The notes: generated from the letters alone by a model not told the origin. 54,222 bases of DNA, filler included, from Bipalium vagum (GCA_037834085.1; 3 parts of 3 records of this genome joined end to end with filler, not necessarily neighbours in it), one strand, 5' to 3'. Counted from the first letter of the whole stretch, positions 1-12,439 are shown. Numbers and translations are program-made.

Positions 1-68
1 TACTTTTCTAATTTAAAATGTAAGATTTGTAACAATTATTATCTTCCCGATTTAAGTGGCGCACCCTG
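1..68. mobile_element. Terminal end of a Tc1/mariner-superfamily element (rest lies outside the window)
   Basis: Reverse complement reads TA-CAGGGTGCGCCACTTAAATCGG, a typical CAGGGTG TIR start, with TA at 69-70. Confidence 0.55.
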
Positions 69-78
69 TATATATAAT

Positions 79-2039
79 TGTCCACTTGTAGGCCGCACGT
101 TTTTTATTATGAACTCTGGTAGGTTTTATTTTTGCGAATTGTAAGCTTTTGTATATTCAGCTTTGACTATGTCTTTCGTTATCACCGTAGGCTTTTAAAT
201 TTAGTTGATTAAACCTGGTATCAAATTTTGTTGTTCTGAACCGTAGGCTTTTTTAAATTTTGTTTTAACTTTCTTAAAAATTCAGCTATTCTGACTTGCT
301 TATGCTTGTTTTTTGAAATTAATATGAAATTGATTTGTTGTTTTATTCTTGATTTTTTTATTTATTCTACCGCCCATGTTTTTTCATTCCCTTCTTATAC
401 TATAATTTTTATCTCATTTTTCACAAATAACAACTTTCTATTTCTTATTATAATTTTCTTGCCTATTCATATTACTATTTTTATTATTCTTTCAATTCTT
501 ATTATAAAAATTGTACTTATTATTTATTTTTAGTAATCTTTTGTTACTTTACTATAAATTTCCTTTATTATTGAATTCCCAATTCAATATTTTCTTCATA
601 TTTACGTACAAAATAATTTATATATTATCTAGCTATATATTATTCATTAATTATTATTTTAATAATAATTTATATATTATTTCAATCAAGGACGATTTAC
701 ATACATATATTTTGAAACCCTTAATATAAAAGAAAAGTTGATAACATAAAATTCATGAAATTCATCTTATACAAGAAAAGTTCATAAAATTGATAACATA
801 AAATAAGTTCATAAAAAAATTCATATCATACATGAGTTTTTTACATATAATTAAGAAAAAGGATCAGATTTATTATCATAGGATCACAAATTGGTTTTGT
901 TATTTGTTGATCTCATCGCTTTGAGTATTTGGAATTTGGATTTGGGATTGACAACTCTAATCTCGATCTCGGTTTTGTTGGGATTGTTGATCTTGATCTT
1001 GGAGTCTCCACAATAGTAATAATAATAACATTTTTCTTTATCTTTGATGGTCTAATCTTGACAATGTCGAATGCCAAATTGCCAAGATTAAACCAGAGTC
1101 CGCAATTAGGTGTTAAGTGCATAAAAGGTAATTTGTCTATGAGCATATTGTTTAATTTCTTTTACTTTTTTATAATTTAAATTTGATTCGATTAGTTGAT
1201 TGTATTTGATTTCATTATATTTGATCTGTTCATTGATTGTTGGTGACATCAATTTGGAGATGAGACCAGTATAGTATTGGTCTGTAATTATTTTACTCTT
1301 TTCCAAAATATCCAATATAATAATTCCTCTACATCAATTTGGAGATGAGACCAGTATAGTATTGGTCTGTAATTATTTTACTCTTTACCAAAATATCCAA
1401 TATAATAATTCCAATATAATAATTCCTCTACTATTCAAAAACATAGTAAGCACGATTTCTACGCGGTTCGTTTTGCTACTTCGAACCATTCATTTCTTCT
1501 CATCTTCAGACTTTCGACATTCTCTTGACTCACGCCTAGTTTGTAGTTGATGCAGACTAAGTGGAGCTTCATTGGTGGGTGTAATATTGTGAATAAAATT
1601 GTTCCCAAACATTTTGTCAATCCTCAGAAGCTCGTAGCCAACTTTACACATTTCTGGTGTGAAGAAGCCAGGAGCAAAGAGACAAGACCTTTCTATAATT
1701 CATTTCCTTCAATATACTTCAATATACCAGCTTTATCAATGGGGAATGTCAATTCCCTTTTTAGCTTATTAATTCTAAATCGGTCCCTCCTTGCGGACCC
1801 TGATCTAATCTTGGTAATTTAGGTTCTCCATTGCCAAGATTAGATCCCTTAAAAATAATATTGACCATTTTTTGTTTTAATGTATTTTTTAATTAATTAA
1901 TTATTCTTAATTTAATTCTTACCCTTTTGCGATCTTAATAATTAATTTATAATAATGATCACTAATCTAGACCCTACTGCGGTTTCTAACATATGCTTTT
2001 ACAAGGGTTTACAGGGATTTGTCCTTGGCTAAGCCAACA
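79..2039 (-). mobile_element. LTR-related repeat(s), related to the solo LTR at 8614-9476; boundaries uncertain
   Basis: About 110 bp at 1750-1860 is clearly homologous to 9207-9320. Candidate termini are TGTCCA (79) and CCAACA (2039), but there is no matching target duplication. An inverted third copy of the motif lies at 1049-1138. Confidence 0.45.
1246..1430 (+). repeat. Tandem duplication of an 85-bp unit (2 copies plus a short partial)
   Basis: ACATCAATTTGGAGATGAGACCAGTATAGTATTGGTCTG... starts at 1246 and again at 1331. Each unit holds a small AGACCAGTA/TATTGGTCT hairpin. Confidence 0.9.
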
Positions 2040-5000
2040 CTAGTAACAAATGATTATTTTGAAAAATTAAACCAAACATCACTTTGGGGTATGAAAACGG
2101 TAAAAAATCCAAGATCTTTTATTAAAATATTTGTCTTTTTTCACTTAAAGGTTTTTAATTGACTGTTTCAACTTTAAAGAGCACAGTCCCCTTATCCCTG
2201 AGTTAAGAAATAATTCTAAAATTATTTCAATCCGTTAATTTTACAAATTGTCGAAACTTGAAGTTAGAGAGGTACAATATAATAATTTTTATATCTTACG
2301 ATCTTCAAAATTTTTATTTTATGTTTGTCAATATTTAATTAAATAAAATTTTAATATAACTCGATCATCATTAAATCATTATATTTGTAAATATAACGAT
2401 TAAAACAATCTTCATTAATTATTGATACAAATAATAGAAATGAAGAATCACAATTCATGAAATTCAGTTTCTCCGAAATTAAATGCGAATTTCAAAAAAT
2501 TATTTATTTTATTTAAAATAACCAAATGAATGTTGGTATAAAAATTGATGAATGATTACACAATTTTTTAAATACTGAAAAATATTTAATTAATAAATTA
2601 AAGAAAACTCAAAGCAGTTTTGCCAAATTAAATTCATGGTTATTTCGTATATGAAAGAGGGTCCAGAAATATTTACCTTTTAATTAATAGCTGATACAGC
2701 AACTAATTATATTTCATAGATTATGATTTACCAATAATTACAGAGAAGACTGTATATTTTCAATATATAAACAGAAACAGGCTCTTATAATCATTTATTT
2801 TCAATTGTTATCAATGGTAGGTTTTTAGGATTATCTTCAATAAAGGTTTTTAACATATTTTTAGAGTATCAAAATTTCAGTTCTTTTACTCTCGATATTT
2901 ATTGTGTTGACAATGAGCAAAGATCCGGCTGAAGAATTTTATAAAATTTGGAAAAGAGCGAATTACAAACGAGGACTATTTATGGAAGATATGACACCGA
3001 ACTCGTTTAAGAAGTATTTAGGATTGGGTCGAAGCAGAGATAAGTTTAAAGTTAACTTCAATCAAGAAGATCCAAACAATTACATGAGATACGGATAAGG
3101 AATCAAGAAAACGGTCGTGTTTATCAGTAAAAGACTTTTATAAACCTATTGATATTTAAATAAATGGGACATTTTCTAGAGAAACATTTACTTGTTCTTA
3201 AGTCTTTATTTAGATTCTAATAAAAGTTACAGAATAATTTGAATATATTTTTAATGATTTAATTTTAAAAGCACTCCGGCATCTTGTCAAATATAAAAAT
3301 GTAAAAAAACATTTTTAGTCATATTTTATTCTAAGTTAAAATATTCTGTTTAAATAAAAAGTTACGAAGGAATCTTTTTTTATTATTAAAAATTTTTTTT
3401 TAAAAAAAATTTAACATTCTAATTTTTAAATATTTAATAATTTAATTATATATTATTAATATTGCTATTTTGCGTGTAAAAATATAAATGAATTAAACTT
3501 AATTTCAATTTAATTATAATTGGGCAATTTTTATAAAAATTATTTTTGGTCTAATAAAGCACTTTTAAAGACAAGACTAAAATTTATGAGTTTTCTTTGA
3601 TTAAGTTTATTTATGTATGTTCCGAAAGATAACATATGTCATTGTTCAAGATATTTTAATATGTTAAACATAAACTTTTTACGAACGGAAAATATTGATT
3701 ACAATAATAATATACCTTATGGACAACGAAATTAAAACATTTTGAAGAGTTTTGTGAAGAAGAATGTAAATAAAACTATTATTTTTTAAAAAAATGTATT
3801 TTGGAAATGTCACTCTTGGTAACATTAACTCATCCGAGTAAATTGATGAATAAAAGAAAAAAAATATTCTAAAAAGGTTTTTAAAATATCTTATTTTTTC
3901 AGTCGGTTAGTGATTTTGGCAGTAGTCAGGTTACCTTGTTTTCTGTTCTCCTCGTATTGTTTTGTTCCTCCGGATTCTGGACACTTTTCTACATCGTTTG
4001 TAGAAAATTATTAAAATTTTGTCTCAAACATGAATTTTTATTGAATCTTGAAAGTAACATAAAAATAATTCTACTGAAAATCTTGACAGGATAATTAAAA
4101 ATATTTATAATTGAAAAACTTTACTTTATTTAAGGAAGTGGTAAAGAAATTTTAAAAAATGTAAACATTAATTTTGTAACTTTTGTAACAATTCTGTTAA
4201 AAGAAATAATTTTAAAAATTCTCTTTGGCAGCTGCATAATTTTTGTTGATAGGCATCATTAGGTTTGTAGCTTAAAAGAACTGATTCAGGTAAGTTTTTG
4301 AGTCTTCCAATTAAAAATAGTTCTTTTTCCTTCCTTACTTTGTCTATTTTAAAATGATTTAAGTAAATATTAGCCAGGGACGGTACAACCTCGTGAGTAC
4401 AGAAAAAGAATTAGAGCATTCCTGTTCATTTTTAGAGGTGTTGTCCGAAATCAAGTTTTGTATTGTTAGAAACCTTTCATCGTTATTTTTGATATTCCAG
4501 GTCGCTGATGGTTAATTAGTTGTTTTAATCGGCCAATTTGAGATCATGATTTCTTTACGTTAATAGTTCAGTTTCAAAAAAAGTTCATAATAACCGACTT
4601 TACCTTGACTGATTACCACTTGGATTTTCAATTTTTGGAAATATCAGATTATAATAATGGAAATAATAACTCTGCAATCAGACAATGGCCTCTTAGTTTT
4701 ATCATCTTATATAAAGTTCAATTTACAATTTATCTTATTTATCTGGAGCTTGAAATTAATTTAATCTATAAAATAAGATCATTTATGTTCCCGTTAGTTA
4801 TATTTTTCATTAAATATAATCACATATTTATCGTCTTCATCAAATTATATAAATTGGAAGAAAAGTTTTGGAAAAATAAAGATCATTATATTAAAAAATA
4901 ATCTTTCATTTTTCAAGATGAACGTTTTGTGTAAAATATTTTTTTCTTGAATCAGAAGGATCAATAATAAACAATCAGAATATTGATTGCAGTTAAAATA

Positions 5001-5308
5001 AAAATAATTATATAATAGAAATAATAATCTGTTTAAACTCATTATTTTTAATAAATATTTTAGTAACACCTGCTTAAGATGAATAGTAAGACCAAAGTAT
5101 TCAACAACAATCAACAATCCTAAGGACAACAACCCAAAAATCAAAATCAAAGTCAACAAAGCGGTGAAAGCAGTGTGATCTGATGACAATATTTATTATG
5201 ATCCTTTTGTATGATATCTAATTATTCTGTAAATCTGAAAATTAAGTAAAAAACCCTTCTTTTGTGTGTTGTATATGTTATAATAAAAAGTTTCCTTGTA
5301 GAAATATA

Positions 5309-5746
5309 CACACCTGGACAAAAAAAATGAGGCTTACTTAATTTATATCATATATTATGACAACATTTATTTTAACAATTTAACAGCAATTTTACAAAAT
5401 TTTCAAACAATATATCACTAACTAAATAAAAAACATTAATAAGGAATATATTTCCATTTGGCCAATTTAAGCAACTTGAGCCGTTTGGTTAAGCTATATG
5501 ATAGTCTCTGACAATGTTCTGTATTAATGATTTTTTATTCTTTTTTTTTATTTTGACATTTAAATGTGTCTCAGTCATTTTATTTATAACTTGAATTATT
5601 AAAACTAACAGAACAAAAACAACAAATTACATACATCTTACGTGCATTAGCTTAAATATTAAAAATGTAATAAATGTTAACCAATTTAAACATTTTTATA
5701 AAAATGTTTTATTTTCTGTAAGCCTCATTTTTTTTGTCCAGTTATG
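5309..5746 (-). mobile_element. Internally deleted (non-autonomous) Tc1-like DNA transposon, 438 bp
   Basis: About 29-bp TIRs (CACACCTGGACAAAAAAAAATGAGGCTTAC / GTAAGCCTCATTTTTTTTGTCCAGTTATG) flanked by TA on both sides. The internal minus-strand remnant CQRLSYSLTKRLKLLKLAKWKYIPY* resembles a Tc1 transposase C-terminus. Confidence 0.85.
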
Positions 5747-7317
5747 TATGTGTGAACCTTAAAGAAATTTGTCTTGTAAATCATCCGTGATTGAAATAAA
5801 ATTATATGTAAATATGAATAAAATAATAAAAAAAATTAATAAAAAGTATATAAATTATTATTTGGTATATAAATATGAATAAAGTAAAAAAATATAATTA
5901 ATTAATTAAAAGTATATAAATTATTATTCCAAGGATTGGATACTGAAAGAATTTATAATAAGGCAAAAAAAATATTATTATAAATAAATAATAAGGGAAA
6001 TTTTTATGATACATTAAAAGAAAGAATAACAAAATAATTAACAAAAATAGATACGGAAATTATTAGAGCAAACAAGAAAGTTGCTTTTCTTTGGAAAATC
6101 CGGCAGAAATAATAATATAAAAAGAGAATAGAAAACGTAGGCAAACAGAAAATAAAGTTTTAGAGTTTGAGCACAGCAATTTGTATTTTTAAAAATATAT
6201 TCTTGTTTATCTATGGACTTATTTGATTATTGTATGGTGTGTATACCTGATTCATTATTGATTTATTTCTATCATTTTCTTGTCACAACAATATCTATGA
6301 AATATATCTGAATATTATTTTTGAAGTTAATATAGTATACCAATAAAATCAAAATTGTATTGAATCCTTTTTATTTTAGCCTATCTTCACATAATACACC
6401 CAACGAAATTCTTATGTCAAATAGTGAACTCTGCAAGAAAGACAGACTACAGGCTTTTCGTACCTATGGTTAGTCTTTCTAGTGCATAAAAAGTGGTAAT
6501 AGTGTTCGGCACTTTAGAAAATACCTTTTTCCATAAAAATGCAAATATTTTCCTAAAATTTTAAAAACAAAAACTGATTTTTTAATTTTTTAAAATTTTG
6601 CCTTTTCTTTTTTTAAATTTGTTATGTTCTTTGTATTTATATTTTTTTGTATATTTTTATTTACAAGTAGATAGGAAAAATAGGTTTTAAGTTTTCATGT
6701 TTAAGGATATCTTCAAAACATATTTTACATATGTCATCTGAAGACGATAAATCAATTATAAATTCCTGTTAATTGAACTTTGGAACAAAATGGGAAAATC
6801 AAATATTAAATATTATAATTATTGTAAAAATATCGAAGACGTTCAAATTTAAGTAGACTAAAGTAAATATTTTAAGATATTAGGGTTTTTAAACAATTTT
6901 TCATATGGTAACCTTAAACTGTACTTTATATGAGAATAAAAAAAATTAATTATGATAAAGTTTCCTGTAAAATAAAAAGATAAGGTTAATACAAAGAATG
7001 TAGTCTATCAAAATACAGATAGATAAAAAGATAGAAAGCTTTTATTTGGTATCTTGTAATTGGAAATGAAACAATGAAATTTGGATTTCAAGACTCTCAC
7101 CAGTGGTTGTCAATTATTTTTTAAAAATAAAACTTATTTCATCCACTGTTTGAATACAGGAAAGTTTAATATTTAAATATAAACAAAAATATAAATAAAA
7201 TAATATCTTATTTTATTTTCACAGGTTTAGGAAAGTTAATACATAAATTTATAGTAAAAATTATTAAAACTTTTCATATAGAGGTTTGCATCTCTAACAT
7301 AATCAATATTTCATATA

Positions 7318-8040
7318 CAGGTTGTGTATAAAGTAAGTATCCAATTTTAGACATCAGCAAAATATATATACAGTGAAACCTGCATAAATGAACACCTCTT
7401 TTATTTGAACATTTAATTCCGTACACTGTAAATATAAGTTATTGTCACCTGTGTTAATTGAAAACCTGTATACTTTAAAATTTGAACACTTTAAAAATTT
7501 TTTGAATTAAAATTACTTGTTAAATTCAAAAAAAAATGAAAGTTTGTTTAAATAATCAAAAATAACATCATAAATTTAAATTAAAATTATATTTACTATG
7601 AACTTAAGTATTTTAGAGAAAATAAAATGTCACCATGATTTGAAGAACGGTGAATAGAGAAAAGGTTTTGAATGTGAATGGAGAAAACTTTTTAGACATG
7701 TATAATATCACAGAATTAAATCTAAAATAATTTTTAAACAAGATGGAGCACCTGCTTATTATTCAAGTCTTGTAAAAGATTATAAAAAGAGAAATTTTCT
7801 GGAAGATTGATTTGCAAAGCAGGATCGTTTCATTGGGACCTAATACCACTTGATATTTAGTTTGAGGAAATCTCTAGATAGAGGTATATAGAAGAAAACC
7901 AAAATATATCAAAGACCTGATAGATATTATTAAACCAAAGCAGCTGGAATATCACCAGAAATGTATCAAAATGTTAGGAATGACTTAAAATTGCTTATAT
8001 GTCTATTAAAGTTTATGTTCATTCTGTCGAAAAATATTAA
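7318..8040 (+). mobile_element. Decayed DD41D/rosa-like Tc1/mariner element with a nested pogo/Tigger-like end at 7371
   Basis: TA-CAGGTTGTGTATAAAG TIR at 7318 and a second TIR TA-CAGTGAAACC at 7371. Catalytic remnant FKQDGAPAY at about 7733, plus C-terminal DNA similar to 32018-32110. Confidence 0.6.
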
Positions 8041-8206
8041 ATTAATGGTACTATGTCAAAATTTTGAGTCTTATCTTGAATATATTCTGTTGAGTTCTTG
8101 TTAACAAAAACAATTACAAATAAAATTTTTCTGCTTCTGGTGCAACTTTCATTAAATTAAAACTTTAACTACATATTATTGTTTCCCTTACGATAATTTA
8201 ATTTAT

Positions 8207-8502
8207 CTCACATCAGTTGATACAAGTGACGTAAGATTGTAATTTGGTGGATACCAATTTCTTTTCCTAAATCCCGACTGGAAGAAGGTTCTTTAACCAA
8301 AGCTGCCAACAAATCATCGTTTATCAATGTTAATGACTAGTTTTCCACATTCCAATCATTTTCGTTGAAGAGCTTGAACAATTTTCCCATTGTTGTCTTA
8401 CTTACTGTACCAAGACCTTCAATCTCACAAATCTCGTTTTTGGTATTTCTGATTGTCTGGCCTTTTCTAATAATAGCCAAGCAACATAATAAATCGTAGA
8501 AT
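8207..8502 (-). mobile_element. Mariner transposase N-terminal HTH pseudogene fragment
   Basis: Minus strand reads ...KNEICEIEGLGTVSKTTMGKLFKLFNENDWNVEN*...DDLLAALVKEPSSSRDLGKEIGIHQITILRHL, matching the mariner paired-like HTH pattern, with an internal stop. Confidence 0.7.
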
Positions 8503-8613
8503 TTTAAAAATATAGTATTATTAATTATTATTTATTTTAGTTATTCGTTATAAAAATTATTTTTTATATATTAAAATTATTGATTTAGCACTAATAAAAC
8601 ACAATTTAAATAT

Positions 8614-9476
8614 TGTTCACTATTTAGTGTATCAAACTTTAAACCTGGCTCCAACTCTTAGGTAGTGCAAAAATAACAACAATCAGTAAAGCAATAAATT
8701 ATATTTATATCACAAAACTCACATGAAATCTCAATGACAAAACAACACAAAAATTCGTCAAACTTAATAGAAGGGATCACAATAATATCTGAAATTGTCT
8801 TGAATAAAAGAAATTAAATAAAAAGTTCAATAAAATCGAGTCAGTTAAAACAAAATAAATACTTAAAGTTAAGCAATAATCAAACTATAATAATAATTAA
8901 TATTAAATAATTTTAACAAAAAAAATAAACGAGCTTACGGGTTAGCTTCGTTCAAGCTTCTCGAACTATCAGCTGAGCCTTTACAGTTGCTTAGAGATAG
9001 AACTAGAACACAATCCCAGGTAAAATAAAATAATTGGAATAATACTTTTATTGCAAGTCTTCTGAATATTGACGAATCTCTTCTTGTATGAATCTCTGCG
9101 AGTATCAACAAATGTCTTGAACTTGTCAATGAATATCTTCTATTAGGAGTCTCTTCAAATTGTTAACCGATAGTTACTCTCGTGATTGCGGCCGAAATTA
9201 TGGAGAAATTCCCTTTTTGGATCATTAATCCTAAATCTGTCTCTCCTTGCGGACCCTTATCTAATCTTGGCAATTTAGGTTCACCATTGTTAAGATTAGA
9301 TCCCTAAAAAAATAATTTATTACCTTTTTTTCCTTTTTAATTAAATTTTGTACTTTTTAATTAGCTAAAATTATTATTCTTATTATTCTTATGATTATTA
9401 TTATTATTCTTGTTATTTTGTGCACAATTTCACAATTCTCATCTGTGACGGGTGGGTGTTTAGGGTAAACTCAACA
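8614..9476 (-). mobile_element. Solo LTR (863 bp), probably Ty3/gypsy
   Basis: Termini TGTT...AACA flanked by an identical 4-bp ATAT (8610-8613 and 9477-9480). There is no internal coding region. It shares a conserved block with 1750-1860. Orientation is inferred from a minus-strand AATAAA followed by T-rich sequence and a TATA-like AAAAAGGG. Confidence 0.7.
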
Positions 9477-9502
9477 ATATTATTATTCAATAATAATAAT
9501 AA

Positions 9503-9830
9503 TGGGTGGTCAGAAAGTTTTGATACAAAATATATTGCCAAAATACACAAAATCTTTAAATAAAAATATGAATAACATATTGATTTATTTATTTACATGT
9601 AAAAACCACATGACTCAGGTGAAAATCTGTATAGAAAAAAGATATTTGGAAGCGAATCATTTTTTATGGGACAAATGAAAATTTCAGATATCATTAAAAA
9701 TTTTCAAACTGAACGTATTTCAAGAACAATTTATCGTATCGTCAAGTAATTAAAAAATGACCTACCATATTATAATAATCCTAGAACAGGTCACTCTGCA
9801 AAATTTATTCGTTATCAGACTCAGAAGAGC
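9503..9830 (+). mobile_element. 5' remnant of a Tc1/mariner (DD37-type) transposon
   Basis: GGGTGGTCAGAAAG TIR-like start. Plus strand reads ISDIIKNFQTERISRTIYRIVK*...NPRTGH, an HTH followed by a degenerate GRP linker. Confidence 0.45.
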
Positions 9831-10887
9831 AAGAACAAAATATTACACCCACGAAACCACCATTGTTATAAAAATATTTAATGTGGAATTTTATTGAACA
9901 TTGATTTTTGGATACTTCGTCTTTATTACCTTCCATGAAACCAATCTGGATAAAATAATAAAACTGAAATATTCATTATTTATTTAGAACCACTGAATAT
10001 TTGTAGAACCAGCAAAACAAAAATTCTGGGCGTTATTATTCCACTAACAATTAAAAGCCGTAAGCACTCATTTGTGGGTTAGGTGCTGTAGTTTTGTGAT
10101 AGCTTTGACGAAAATGAAATTAAATAAATACTGCTTTATCAACATTGAAAGCTTTAAAACTTGACGTGAACTCGATTGGTATAAAACCTGGAAAACCTTA
10201 GCAAAACATGCTTTAGCTGAATTTTACTTTTTGTCGATAAAAGTCCTTTTTGATTCAAAAATCGAAAAGAAATAAAGAAATATGGTAGAAAAAACCTTAT
10301 CACATAAAAAATAATGGAAGCAAAAAATAAAGACATTCTACTCTATTGAACCAAACGGTATTTATAAATTTTCAGATGTTTTAGAAAACTGGCTCAAATA
10401 AGTCTTCAAAGCAGAAAACTTTAAATCAATAATTTACAAACTTATTATTAATTAATAAAAATATTAAAATAAATAAAATTTTTTAGAAATAAACATAAAT
10501 AATGGATAAACAAAAAAATTATAAAAAAAAATATGAACTCATACATAGGCTAATAGTAAAAGGGGTAAAGTCACTTCACTATCAATTTTTTAGTAAAACT
10601 TAAAAATTTATGATTAAAATCTGTGGTGAAAAATATTATTAAAATAATGAGAAAAATAATTTCTTGTTACTGTTATTATTATTGAAGACAAATTGAGGAA
10701 AAATCAAGATTCAGCGAAATGTATTTACAATTTTCAACTACTTACAAAGGAAAGTAGGAATCACACAAATTCAGTAAGCTAAGACTAATTATTATTTTTA
10801 CAATATTAAATTAAATCATTAAATAAAAAGTTTTCAGTAATATAACATCTGTTCAGTTGTGTGGAATCGGATAACGACTGGTTTTCA

Positions 10888-12351
10888 CTAAAGACTCATA
10901 TCACTATTGCTAGCCAAGGCACTGGGTACATACTTGTAGTAATCATAGGCTGGCATTGCTGAAGTAGAAGGAGGCATATTGGAATAATTTGAATAATATT
11001 TCATGTGTTCGAGATCCACAGATGATCCCGCAGCGGTAGCTGCATAAAGACTATCATGAGGACTGATACCCATTGCTGCTGCAGCAGCTAGGCTTGGGTG
11101 CATCAGTCTGTCAATAGAAAAAGGGTTGCTTGTTGTTAAAAGTGATGATGGATGTTGAGAAGCTTCGTATTGATATGCCATAGCTGCTGATAGACTGTCA
11201 TAATGATGGCCAGATAAAGAAATTGACGGTAAAGAAACAGAACTTTGTTCATCATTTTGCAAATTGTGGCCAGCATAAAGACCGAAAACACTATTTGCCC
11301 CTGGCTGAAGGTGCATTCCTTGACCTAATGGATCATCGGTTCCAGTTAGACTGTAATGATCAAGAGGTCCTTGCTGAAATAAATTTTGCTGATTCGCATA
11401 GAATTGTTGATTGGGGTTGTAATGGTGTTGGGCTTGTTGTTGCTGAGGAGGTTGTTGTTGATTGGGCATCTTCATTTCTAAAGGTGAGCAGTTCTCTTTC
11501 TTCCTGTGAAACATAGAACACGTTTGGCTTACAGAAGTAACAATATTGTTTTTAATGTTATGACCCTGATTAGATATAAGTTCTATTGAGATATCTAATT
11601 CTTTTAAATTCGGCTTCGATTCATTATCAATATTTTCTCTTGCTTCTTGAGATATATTATCATGATTTGTGTCTGTTAAGTTTGATCCAGAACTTCCGGC
11701 AGCTCTTTGACTTTGTCGGCCAATTTCCCTGTGAGGATCTTTAAATCGCTTTTGTCTTCTAAGATAGCAACCATTTTCAAACATATTTCCTGATTGGGGA
11801 TGTAAAGTCCAATATGAACCTTTGCCGGGTTTTTCTGGACTTCTGCTAACTTTTACAAAACAATCATTAAATGACAAAGAGTGCCGAATTGAATTTTGCC
11901 ATCGTTGCTGGTTTTGTCGATAATATGGAAAATGATCCATAATAAATTGATATATCTCCGACAAGGTACACATATTTACTGAGGAATTCTGAATGGCCAT
12001 AGTAATTAGACTAATGTAGCTATATGGTGGCTTTGCATGAGTATAGCTTCTTTGATATGGTCTACTGTTATTCGAGATTGAATTTTTATCCTGTGGACTT
12101 TCACTTCGACTAAGTCCAAGTTCCAAACTTTGTCTCATTCCTCCGGCCATTGCAGCAATTCCAGACATACTAGCACTCATTGGGTTAAGCGAATGAGGTC
12201 CAATTCCGGGTAAATTCAATGAAAGTGTAGAGACTTGTTGTGCATTATAGCCCGCTGTTGAAATACCCATGGGGTTCATGCTATAAATCGATCCGGTTGG
12301 CAGTGAATACACTGTGTTCATTGCAGTTTCATATGGATTTTTGCCAAGCAT
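10888..12351 (-). CDS. foxA: Forkhead box A (HNF3/fork head/PHA-4 family) transcription factor, 487 aa, single coding exon
   Basis: Intact ORF with the FoxA-diagnostic forkhead domain ([21 protein letters not shown]...[21 protein letters not shown]...[28 protein letters not shown]) and the C-terminal EH1-like motif NPFSIDRLM. Confidence 0.97.
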   Translation of the reverse strand: MLGKNPYETAMNTVYSLPTGSIYSMNPMGISTAGYNAQQVSTLSLNLPGIGPHSLNPMSASMSGIAAMAGGMRQSLELGLSRSESPQDKNSISNNSRPYQRSYTHAKPPYSYISLITMAIQNSSVNMCTLSEIYQFIMDHFPYYRQNQQRWQNSIRHSLSFNDCFVKVSRSPEKPGKGSYWTLHPQSGNMFENGCYLRRQKRFKDPHREIGRQSQRAAGSSGSNLTDTNHDNISQEARENIDNESKPNLKELDISIELISNQGHNIKNNIVTSVSQTCSMFHRKKENCSPLEMKMPNQQQPPQQQQAQHHYNPNQQFYANQQNLFQQGPLDHYSLTGTDDPLGQGMHLQPGANSVFGLYAGHNLQNDEQSSVSLPSISLSGHHYDSLSAAMAYQYEASQHPSSLLTTSNPFSIDRLMHPSLAAAAAMGISPHDSLYAATAAGSSVDLEHMKYYSNYSNMPPSTSAMPAYDYYKYVPSALASNSDMSL

Positions 12352-12431
12352 CTAAATAACAATGATTATCATCAAGCTCACAAAATAAATCACAAGAGTT
12401 TATGATCAAATCAGCATAATGATATATCTAC
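12352..12431 (-). other. Probable 80-nt 5'UTR intron of foxA ending immediately before the ATG
   Basis: Minus-strand donor AAG|GTAGAT at 12431 and acceptor TTATTTAG|ATG at 12352. The upstream exon has an in-frame TAA and no ATG between that stop and the donor. Confidence 0.55.
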
Positions 12432-12439
12432 CTTTAATG

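Noticed and set aside
306-729. Hydrophobic I/F/L-rich ORFs (also 4845-5189, 46015-46251, 49440-49640)
   Set aside because: Translation artefacts of T-rich low-complexity DNA.
1782-1850. HDV-like ribozyme suggested by CC-TCCTTGC-GG (similar to the HDV L3 loop UCCUCGC); also at 9243-9253
   Set aside because: No matching P1 5' strand, no GG for P1.1 after P1 and no J4/2-P2 arrangement. Kept only as a conserved hairpin module.
11223-11516. 97-aa plus-strand ORF overlapping foxA
   Set aside because: Antisense shadow of the foxA CDS, with a non-ATG start and no independent signal.
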